64,000 bases of DNA. Source: Salisapilia sapeloensis CBS 127946 (taxonomy: Eukaryota; Protista; Oomycota). The position numbers and the translations under genes were made by a program. Location: positions 61,423-125,422 of the forward strand of contig JAADVB010000021.1 of NCBI GenBank assembly GCA_023334545.1, given 5' to 3'. The notes under the pieces were generated by a model, which made no database searches, had not been told where the DNA came from, and saw only the letters and a list, made by a program, of their open reading frames with translations. Positions 45,801 to 56,399 of the stretch are shown here, piece by piece (the stretch's first letter is position 1; every line of letters begins with the position of its first letter).

Positions 45801-47682
45801 AGCCAGCAAGCGTCGAAAACGCTCGAAGGTCGACGATAGCGCCTCGAAAGACATTCTCAGCAGTAGGCTCATCGCCTATGCCCAGCGTTCCTCCGATGAC
45901 AAACGCAGTCACGCTGCTCCTGTTGATAGGTCGAGTCTCCGTCTGCGGCGTACGTGCTGTGCTTACAGTCGTCTCTTCAGTAGAGCTCATGGACGTGTCG
46001 ACATCCGCCGCATCCACCTGCACCGAGAGTGAGATAGAGGAGCTTCCGAGACGCAATGTCACGTGCGTAAACTTGTTCTCCGGAACCTTTTCTCTGTCAT
46101 ACACCAGCGTGTACGTATCATGGAGAACACTGCAGCGAATATACTTATCACTCGTAAGCCCAACCTCGAGCTCGTCTCCGTTCGACACGATCGTCTGGTA
46201 CGTCCCAGTCTCCATCGGACAGATCCACACTTGCAGGACGACGTCCGACGTAGACGACAGGAGACTCACTGGTTTTTCCAGCACCAGCACATTCGCTCCG
46301 ACTCCTCTGGGCGAGTAAGCTGCATGCTTCATCCCGTCCATCTCTTTAACACTCTCCAAGGCAGACGCGAGCTGCAAATTTGACTCATTCGTCTGCCTCC
46401 GAGCCAGCCACACGCCCTGCTGGTCTCCTCGAGACCACCGGATGCGCATGAACGAGTGCGTATCGTCCATTACGGCAGAGAAAGGTGCCGGGTTATTCCC
46501 CTTGGTCGGGTCCGTCGTCATCGTCGTGGGCATGGCAGGCGCAGGGGCTGCCGTCCCGCACGTGGCACACTTAGTAGCAGTCGGCTCGTTGTTCATGGTA
46601 CAAGCGCGACAGACCCACGCAACTGCAGGAGCGCTCGCACTAGGTGCCGGCTGCGGTCCGATCATCGGGGCAGAAGAGGCTGGAGAAGCTGAAGCGTCGT
46701 ACAGTCTGCTCCAATGGCCCTCTGCGACCCACGGAACGTCGAGCGCCTGATCCGGTTTTGCCAGCACCTGCTGCATCTCCGGCAGCGCTTGGAAGATATA
46801 CCCATTGAGCTGCCTCTTCGAGTACGTGTCCTCCATGGTAGCTGTAAGCTCATACGCGAGGCAGTTGAGACGCTTCTTGAGCAGGACAGAGCCAGCGTTC
46901 TGCTGTCCAGACTGCCCTGCCACTGCCGCCGCGGCGTGGTGCTCACTGGAAAACTCGTCCGTCACCCACTTGCCTTCCACCGACGGCAGGACAGAAGCAT
47001 CGCTTTCGGGAGAAAGCACCCATGCCATCTCCCGCAGCACTTGCTCGGCAGCATCCGCCGTCGGTCGACTCCAGTCACTACCGAATGCACTCATCAGGCC
47101 CTCCTCCAGCTCCTCCGCTTCACTCGTGTACCCTCGATGGATGTGCATGAGCGCAAAGCAGGCGAGGATAAATACCTCTCGCAAGACCTGGTGTTGGGCG
47201 ACAGACCTAGCGTGCGATTCTTTCAAGCTCGAAGCCATCTCCTTGAGCTGAGGCACGGCCTTGGTGTACAGGCTAGAAGAGTGCTGGTAGCCTAGTAGGA
47301 TCTCGGTGTAGAATCGCATAGCGAGCTCTTCGTTCTCGTCTCCAGGCCGTAGCTTCTCGTAGACAGGTTCCAAGAGCTCCTCGGACGCTCTCGCCAGCGT
47401 CTCCCACTTTTTTGCTTTCTTGAGCGCGTGGAAGATGGATCGTACGAGTCGGAAGACGCCAGTGCAGTCGAAACGTTGGTCCGTCAGCAGCGTACGCTGG
47501 AGACGTACGATCTTCATGGCATCCACATTCGTCGTGGCGATGAGGAGCGCCACATCCTGGATCTCGTGCACATCCATCCCATCCCACCTTTGTCTCTCTA
47601 GATTGGAAAAGTCTGTGCTGTCCCCATGTCCGCCTAGAGCGGCCGTGACGAGCGTCCGGAGCGCATCGGAAGGACTCGCCAT
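39852..47682 (-). CDS. Giant USP (peptidase C19) deubiquitinase with 4 RanBP2/NZF zinc fingers, lectin/LamG-like region, UBR-type zinc finger, MABP-repeat insertion and UIM (intron 39993-40050)
   Basis: Cys box GLINMEQNLINVCYQNSFLQTLF; QQDTSDFAHFLMD; His box YGVLVHSGMTANSGHYYSFCR; WIKFNDTRV, SAYLLLYKK; spliced C-terminus ends SLLEKR-TAG at 39852-39854. Confidence 0.92.
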
Positions 47683-47756
47683 GTCGATTTGGAATTTATG
47701 TGGAATTACTAATCTGCAAACGAAAGACCAAGGAGCTTGAAGAGGTGCCAACCAAT

Positions 47757-48641
47757 TTATTTCGTCTCGTGGTGCGACGCAGCGAGCTCCATCATGGCCG
47801 TACTGTCCAGGATGTTGCTCGCAGGAGAGCCCATTGCACTTAGAATCGCAGACTTGGCGACTACCTCCACCGGCACGGCCGAGTGGAGCTCTTCGCCGAC
47901 GAATGGTAACTTGGAGACGACGGTCGAGACGGGATTGTTGCCTCGAGCGAGGAGCGACATGGGGGTCCCGATGAAATGCAGAGGGATGCTCATCGTGTTC
48001 AAGCGACGCCAGCCGTAAATGAAGCCAGGCCGGACAGCCACGCCAGTCTCTGGGAAACTATTTGAGAGAGTGAGATGTCGTGCTTGGACAACGTACTAGC
48101 CAAAGGATACTTTTTAAAGACGGACTGCTCGGCACGATCCTTGCCATTGTAGTAGCCGTACATGGGCGCCCAGGACGGCATCCGATAGTTCCCAACGCCA
48201 GAATTTGACACAAAGACGAATCGCTCGACGCCACTTTCCTTTGCAGCTTCCACCGCAGCGATGGTAGCGTCTCCACACACTTGCTGCATGAATTCATTGC
48301 TGCCAAACGCTCCGACCGTGGATACTTTGCATTCTTATCAGTATCTACACCTACTCTATGAATACGAGAAACGTACCTACTGCCGTTGTGCCTTCCAGCG
48401 CTTCTTTCAGCACTTCTGGATTGAACACATCGCCCTTGTGCCAGTCCACACGGTTGATCCAGTCGATGTCGTTCCAATTCGGCTTGCCAGATCGGTTCAG
48501 ACTGCGCATACGGATACCTTTGTGGACACCGTATTGGAGCACGTTGCTTCCAACGTATCCACCGCCACCAATCACCAGTATCTGGTGCTTACTCTTCTCG
48601 TAGGCTGTCGTAAACGACCTCCTCGCCACATTCATCGCCAT
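47757..48641 (-). CDS. Atypical SDR/NAD(P)-binding Rossmann protein, COQ11/NDUFA9-like, mitochondrial, multi-exon
   Basis: ILVIGGGGYVGSNV, VDWHKGDVFNP, TVGAFGSNEFMQQVCGDATIAAVEAAKESGVERFVFVS, YYNGKDRAEQ, VRPGFIYG, PVEVVAKSAI. Confidence 0.8.
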
Positions 48642-48696
48642 TGCGTTCTGTCGAATTTCGATAGCTCCAAAGGATCTCCAAGAGGCGGAAACAACT

Positions 48697-50170
48697 TCAA
48701 CTTGGAATCGATCGAGCTGCGGCATTTTGACGAACTGCTTTCACGATTTCCTCCACACTACGTCGATGAACGTGTCGGTGGCGCATGCGATTTGCTACCT
48801 CTTCTGAATTGGCTGTATCCGAGGCCAATTGCGTTTGCTCTAGCTGATTTAACCGGAGTATGAGGTATGCCCCAGTGGATCTGGAAAGCAAACCGACACG
48901 ATTGCAGTCGACGCATGAATGGAAAGTGCAATTCCTATCCATTCCGAGGTAATAGTTCTCCATTTCCTCCTCTATTGTGCCAATTGACTTGACAAGCGGA
49001 ACCTGAATCTCTTCTGATGTCGAGCTTGCAGGTAGTCGATGATCTGCATGTCCTTTCAACGTGATACGACCCCACTTGTCTATCGAATATACTTGCAATC
49101 GAAGCCTTGGGCGCTCCATACACTTCACATTGTCCAGAATGTAGTTAAATGTCATAAGGAAACCGAAAGCGACTTCATAGCTTCCGTACGATCGACTCTG
49201 TGATACGTGCGTAGTTGACTTAACGGGGGGTTTCACCTCAATGCCCGATACGGGAATGAGCTCTACATCCACCCATACCTTTGACCTGTTTTGTATACTA
49301 ACGAGGCGGACTACTTCGACTGCTAATGTCGTGACGATACGATCTCCATGCTCAATCGTTTTCTTCGTCTTTGAGCTCCCACGAGCAATGTCTGCAAGTT
49401 TCTTCCTCCACTCACCCTTCTCTCCTTTAGCTTTTACCTTCATAGGTAGAAGACTAGTCTTTAGCTCCTCCACTGCCACCTCATAGGTTCCTTCCGGGCC
49501 ACCCTCTTGGTATGCATCCGACTGTATGCGATGGAAACAAAGTGTCTGATGCCCTTCATTATCAAAAGGTGACAGTTCTGGACTGATCCGTAGCAATCCG
49601 CTTTCAGGCCAGTAGCGCAGAGAAACAAGCAAGACAATATGTCCCTGGATTTTGGCCATGATGTGCATTTCACGCACCTTTGTCTCTCGACGTCCTCTTT
49701 GCCATACTGTCATCATATTCAACTGCTTTGTCGTTGGTTGCTCTACAGGCAGTGAAGGCGGATGACTACTCTCCATCCAACTGACATGACTACGATCTTC
49801 CTGTTCCTCCGAGAATAGAAGACGCCGCTACGGTAGAAACTTTGATGTCGGTACCGACTAAAGAAATCACTGCGTATGGAAACTTACTGGAGGAAGCAGG
49901 GGGTTTTCATCATCCGTGTACGAAAAGAGCTCAACGTCGGAGGTTCCGCTGGTGTCCACCTTTTGTTGCCATTGGAACGCCTGTTGCCAACAAGTACCAA
50001 CCGAGCCGTGTTTTGTTTCTTGTGGCTTTTGCTGAAGATGAGAGCCAGCCTATTACTCAAGTAAAGACAAGTCCAAACGTGATTTAATAAAGCTCTACCT
50101 TGACGAGCGTCACTCGTAGCTTTAGACTGTCGATAGGGCCTGCTGGGTGATAGTAGGCCGTAGGAGGCAT
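48697..50170 (-). CDS. MKS1: MKS1-like B9-domain ciliary transition-zone protein, multi-exon
   Basis: N-terminal YYHPAGPIDSLKLRVTLVK, LFSYTDD, MHIMA, LLRISP, RLQVYSIDKWGR...GHADHRLP, EEMENYYLG follow the MKS1 motif order. Confidence 0.7.
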
Positions 50171-50380
50171 TTGTCTACTTGGAGTGGCACTCTAAAGAGT
50201 CATGCCGACCCTTAGGCCTCCACCTTCCCATTTCCAATCCGCGTGATACAAAAGAAAGACCAGTAGATGAAAGCAATAAAAGCAGAGTTGGAGTAATTAT
50301 ACTACGCAATAGCCTACTCGAGAAGCAAAGCATGAGGAAATAGGAAAAAGCTAGACAAGTGTCGGTCAAGACTAGATGTG

Positions 50381-51407
50381 TCACTGGTCCGACACGGCCT
50401 TAGGGACGACACTCAGGAAGAAGTTCATGCTGACGCCAAGCAAAAGCCCGATCTTTTGTTTCCGAGGAACGGACCGATCCAAGAGCTACGTAGGTTCATT
50501 AGAGTCTGTCTAGAAAGATACAAAGCATCTACGAGTACCATGAGCAGCATAAAGACGCCGAGTAAAAGACCCATGAGAAAGCCCCAGAGGAACTCGGTGC
50601 CGGTGCCTTCGTTGTCGGCCGACAGGATCGAGTTGTTCACGCCTGTCATGTCGAGCTGTCTATCCAGATTCACTCGAGACGAAGGTTGTACGTTCAGTGC
50701 TGAAACTCAGAATTAGACCACGTCCTTCCTCCTTTTGATCCCATAGACGTACCGAATTCGGACTGAGGACCCTGTGACTCCATCCACTCTTCCTCGAGAC
50801 GGTAGATTCGATCTTCACTTGACTCGCCAGGCACGTGCTCTGCCTGGCTGATAAAGGCAGACAACTGCGGGTAAAAGTACAGACGCAGCGCCTGCACTTC
50901 CTCTCTCGATAGGCGATCTCGTAGTCGGTCGAACCCACGACGCTGGTTACCTCCTTCGGACCCTTCGTCACTCCTCTCCTGACTGCCTGGACTACCGTGA
51001 GGACTCGCAGGTGACTCGCTGTTCATCTAGGTAGCAATCTAAGCAGATGTCGCTGGGTTCAGCATACGCCAACATACCTGATTGACCATGGACTTTGGCG
51101 GTGCAGAGCTCATGGCGCAGTGTAGGAAGTCGTCCGTCTTGATCTTACACTCTTCCAGCGTGGCTCGGTCGTCCGAAAGCATTTTTCCCTAGACAAGCGT
51201 CAGTTCCCATCTGATCCGGCGCGAAATGTAAGAGGGATCTACGCGATGAATGAGACGAAGGAACTTGTTCTCGGCATCCGCCTTGTGCTTAATCTCTTCC
51301 TTGAGCTCTCCGATCGTGGCCGACGGGAGCATGTCGACCGTGATCGGTTTCTCGCTCAGCGTCTTGATCTTGAGCTGCAGCTTCTCCTCCTCCGACTCAT
51401 CCGGCAT
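50381..51407 (-). CDS. Ubiquitin-like domain + DSC3/DUF2407_C-type membrane protein, multi-exon
   Basis: UBL LQLKIKTLSEK...TIGELK...LRLIHR; RRGFDRLRDRLSREEV, YRLEEEWM, GTGTEFLWGFLMGLLLGVFMLL, KQKIGLLLGVSMNFFL. Confidence 0.78.
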
Positions 51408-51631
51408 CGTGATACCGACACTTCCTTCGTCCAGCTACGCATAGTTACTAAGACTAGACCCTGTGTACCTATCAAGTATAAAAATTACGAGCGGTTTGCT
51501 CTCACTCGTCGCAGCATCCTCCGACTCCATCATCCCGGTCGACGGTATTTCTGGCGTTCCACTCCGACAGCTGCACGCGTCTCACTATATTACTCCACCT
51601 ACTCAACTTCAAAAATCGACACGAGACCGGA

Positions 51632-52482
51632 ATGGCAGACGACGGTACCTCCTCCACTCTCTCGCTCTCTCTAGCTGCGCCTACTGACATCTCCTCTGCT
51701 CTCTAGACACCATCTTCAGGAAGAGACTCCTCACGAGGTCCAGTGCCCTCGGGAAAACTGGCATCAAGAAGTTCGCAGAGGGACTATTGGCACTCGTAGA
51801 TGACAAGGCAGCCACGGATCCAACCGCTCGGTACCATGCCTCTATTCCTATTGATAGACACCTCCGAGTAAACGCTACTCTAATAGAAAAATTGAGCTGG
51901 ATGCTGTCTTGTGGGAGCTAGAACAGCTAGAGTTCGATGCCAGCAGGACGAGTGTGCTGCGCCACACATGCCACAAGGAGCTCGACAACTACACCGCCCT
52001 CCACGCCGACATTGGTATACTCCGTTCAGCACGTACTCTGTCTATCAATACTAATTCCAGCAGACAAGTCTGTAGAAAGCGTGAGTAAAGAGATCGAAGA
52101 GCTCAAGCAGACGCTGCGTCAGGAAAAGGTCATGCGCGCCTACAAGGAAGAGTACGAGTCTATCGCAAGAGTCGTCAACAGGTTACCTTCGAGAAAAGAG
52201 ATGGCAGAGGAGATGGCAGCGGAAGAACGGAAGATGGAGGAAGCCAGGAGCCGACAGGACCTCGTCGACAGGCAGATGGAGCAGAGGCAGAAGCAGGCAG
52301 CTTTGCTCATGCGGACGATCGAAAACCTCAAGGCCACTTTAGACGAGGACGACATCCTGCAGGAACAGGAGGAGCAGAGTGCAGAAGAAGAAGAGGCTCA
52401 GGACGAGGACATGGAGAAAGAGACGCCTGCGCCTCCTCCGCCGTCTAGAAGCTCCATGTCCATGTCGATGCTGCTAACCTAA
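51632..52482 (+). CDS. THOC7: THO complex subunit 7 (THOC7/Mft1), multi-exon
   Basis: IFRKRLLTR near the N-terminus; EIEELKQTLRQEKVMRAYKEEYESIARVVNRLPSRKE; coiled coil and acidic tail. Confidence 0.8.
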
Positions 52483-52520
52483 AGACTGGAGATTACTGAA
52501 TAGCTCTTGTATTGGATACG

Positions 52521-53870
52521 TTACGTCTGCTCTTCTGCTACTTTGCTAATATCTTCATACTCGACCTTGTCCAGTGTCTCTCCCCTATGCCATTCATGAG
52601 CTACGTATAATAGTATGTACAGACAGACGGTCCTACCTTCGATGGCCAGACTCGATCCGCACGCGAGCGTTAAAGTCGTCGACGTTGATGGACAGAAGAG
52701 TGGCGGTGCTCCCTCGACCTACCCCGTTGACGATCTTCACTAATCGACCCTGTTGTGGGATGACCGTCTCTAGGTCGTCCTGGTCCACTTCCAGCATGTC
52801 GCCAGAGTCGTTCAGCTTGACTGTCGCTGCGAACTTGTTTTTCACCTTGACGATCGCCCCCTTCTTCTTGTAGTAGGCTCCTCCGCCGACGGTTTTGTTC
52901 ATGACCTTAACGACGATCCCGCTGGTTACCCAGTTCTCTTGTCGCTTCTCCTCCTCTCGTTTCCTCTTTCGCTCCTTCAGTCGTTCCTCCTCTTCCATAA
53001 TCGTATCCACTGCGCTTCGTTTCGTACTACTTCCGATGTCACGACGCTCATCAGTGAAATTGGCTGTTCTAGAGAAGACACTGGCTGCATCTGCCGGAGT
53101 CTCCGCGGCACTCGACTTCTTCTTGCTCTTTGGAGCTAGAGACAGCGTAATCTTTCCGTCCACTGGCTCCACCTTTGGCTTCTTCACAGGTCGCTCCTCT
53201 TGTCCGTCTACTTCCTTGGCTCTTGCCTCCTTGAGCTGTCGTTGGAGGAACTTGCGGTTGCGCTCTTCATGATCCAAATCGGACTTGCGCTTTTCTTCCA
53301 GCTCCTTCTGCCGAGCGATGGTCTTTGGATCTCGGTCAATGTACTGGATGAACCAGCCCTTCTCCGTCTCATCCACGACGCACTTGCCCATTCGGCCGAG
53401 GTACTGGACAAAGGACGTGAGTGTCGTCCACTGCGTCGCGTTCATATGCACATGAGACTTGTCGGCGATGTACTCATTGTACACGACCGTCGCCTTCATC
53501 CGCTTCGTCCCGTGCCGCCTCCGAAGGTTGTCCAAGAAAGCTGCTTCGAACTAGAATATGTCATCAACTCCATCCAGACACAAAAAGTAGACACAGCAGT
53601 ACCATCTCACTATAGCCTCCGATGAACTTGTCTGGGTTGTCTGCCACGACCATCATCTGCCGCTGGTGGCTCTCCGACTGCGTATGGCACTTGAATCCGT
53701 TCTCGTCTCGACACTGCTTCTGACAGACCTGGCAAAACCACCGGAGCTTCTGCAGCCCTTTTGCCTGCATTTCGTCCATCAGAGACTTGAGTTTCTTCTA
53801 CATAGTACAAAAGGAATACCTTCATGCGGTTGCTGATGGCTTTAGGCGATAGAAAATCATGCTTGCCCAT
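52521..53870 (-). CDS. KIN17: KIN17 DNA/RNA-binding protein, multi-exon
   Basis: MGKHDFLSPKAISNRMK, KGLQKLRWFCQVCQKQCRDENGFKCHTQSESHQRQM, HMNATQWTTLTSFVQYLG, DETEKGWFIQYID, DQDDLETVIP, last exon VEYEDISK. Confidence 0.95.
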
Positions 53871-53978
53871 GCTTCCTTCCGATCAATGAGGTCGTGTCCT
53901 GTCTTCGTGTCCGCTGTCTCGATATATTTAGGAGACTCTGTCCCTGGTCGAGTAAACTGGCACTACGACAGCATCACG

Positions 53979-55463
53979 ATGGAGACACAGGACGCTCGGC
54001 GGCCGATGCACGTCCTGCATCGAGTGCTGGACACGATACTCCGAGAGACCTACGGACACGAATGGAGTGTTCAGCTTCTGGCTACTGGATCCATCGGTCT
54101 GCTTATTGGCTGTGGACTTTACTTTCTATCTCCTCTGCTCGAAGACGAACTGCATCTCTACGAGCGATACCTGCCTTGGATCGATGCTCTCGACTGGACG
54201 CAATACAACTCGTTCGTAGTAGACCATCTTGTCGTCTTCTCGGCCATCTCACTCCCCACCTTTTGGCTATTGGCGTTTAACGTCGCGTACTCGAGAACAG
54301 ATACGCACGTCGACACGTCGCTGCTTATTCTTCGCCTCGCCAGCTGCCTCGTGGTCTCTTTCTCCGTCACGGTCATCCTGACAGACTTTTTGTCTCGACG
54401 AGTCATGCTCGCCATTATCTCTCTCTTCTACGGCGGCATGGGACTCATGTACGCCTGGACCGTTCCGGTCTGGCGATGGTACATGAACCACTCTAACTCG
54501 GATGGCTTGATCACCTTCCTCCCTGCTTCTGCCAGAGAACTATTGATGGAAACCAGCCTACTGGAGTGGCTTTCTGGCCCTCAGTACTTTGAAAAGTTCC
54601 AGCAGATCGTGCCCTTCCTTTTGCCACTCTCTCGGTCCGAACAGGTCCAGCTGCTAGAGAAGATGCCATCCGAGACCCAAGCCATGATGACAAAGCCTGG
54701 TCTCGTGACGCTTCTGCCGGCTCCCGTACAGAATGTGCTGCTGCCATCGTCACCGCCCAAACCGTTGGCGCTGGAGATGGAGACTGCAAAGGAAGTGGAG
54801 ACGGATACCACGTCTTCATCGTCCGAGGAGCAGCTAGAGCGAACGTCGTCCGGTTTTGACTTCCACCGGGTGGAAACAAAGAGGCAGCAGGACTTGATCG
54901 CCCAAAGCAGAGAAAGGGTTCTGACCGATATCGTGTCCAAGCGACTGTGGACGTACGCTTGGTTTTTATACTTATGTTTGTAAACGGACTAACACGTCAT
55001 GTGTGCAGTGGATGCAGACAGCTAGTGCAATTCCCATCGTCTTCGAATTTAGACCGAACGGCAGCCTTCTCCAGTGCTCTACTTGCGCTGCAGGTACACA
55101 CTCCATGTTTGATAGCAGGAGACTTCTTGGAACTAAAGCTTTGAATTGTAGCTCTACTCATCCCGATCTAGTCGTCAGGCGTTGGCATCTACTCTCCGCT
55201 TCATCAGCGTCTCGACGCTGGGATCGATAGCAACTGCAGCGCTAGTGCTTCGTATTTGCCAGTGGCTAGTCCGAACGAACCATGCCCCATTCCAGCGGTA
55301 TGTTCATCAACTGCTTCTGCGCAGTCGTTCTAGGAACGAGTCTCTTACGCACTCGTCCGACGAAAAAGACCACAGAGACACTGGAATTAGCACTGGCAAG
55401 TCCGTCACTGCAGTCTCGGCCGTCGTCGCGGTGGCTTATGTCATTCGAAAGATGCGCTCGTAG
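53979..55463 (+). CDS. Uncharacterised multi-pass membrane protein (intron after ~54953)
   Basis: Long ORF with several hydrophobic helices (LLIGCGLYFL; LVVFSAISLPTFWLLAF; LVVSFSVTVILTDFL; LAIISLFYGGMGLMYAW) plus a downstream exon to 55463; no family recognised. Confidence 0.65.
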
Positions 55464-56399
55464 ATTTTAGTTTTGGTTGACGTTGACACAATTGTAGTAG
55501 CAAACGATTACATAAGCCATTGGAAGCACAAAAAATCAAAGGAATTGGTTGTTTCATTCGTTTATCTTTATCATAAGAAAGTAAGCTGCATTCGTTCACA
55601 ATTGCAACGCAGCTCACCAAATAGCAATCGAACTCTATGATTATACGACAATGCCACTCTCACTAATGGCTGAGCCTTCATGAACATAGAAAAGCTTTAC
55701 TTCAAGGACATTTAGGACATAAGTACTTATTGACAAACAGATTTCATGTATGTCTACGTTTGGGGCCCTCTTGAAAGGAACCTCCCACCTAGGGCGGAGA
55801 TATGAACATAGAAAAATCCGCTATTTTGGATACCGTGTTGATTTAGTAGCTACAAGATAGAGCATCCCTACGACTTGCACGATTTATCTGTAGCATCCTG
55901 CAACAAGAGGATCACGTGCATTCAGTCGAGGACTTCGGCCTATAATGCTGAGTTGGCTGAACAGTGAAGTTCAGGCATGAGTCGTAGTAACTGCTTCGTT
56001 CCATTCGTAAATCGTGTTGATCTGGTTGTTCTGCTGTTGACATACGAACGCCGGGAGGATGGCTCAATCTGCACGCCAGAATTCGTCCTGAATGACTTAA
56101 TGAATAGTGAGGTGCACTCAGGTCGAGTTACTATTCCTAAAGTCCGTCATAAACACTACTGAATGTGTTTGCCTATCTTCCCTGCTGTGTCGAAAAGCGG
56201 TTTCTGCGTGTCTTAAAGTAAGATCAAGCGCCAGTCTGTGGCCAGTTGATTTTAGCCACTATCCAATATCGGCCGTTATAAAGCTGGAAAGGATTACAGC
56301 ATGAGATTTTACAGAAATATCTTGCTGGAAATTGGCTCACGAGTAGCTTGAGCGTTGAAAAGTGACATTTGAGTTAGACGACGTACAGATTGGCAGTGG

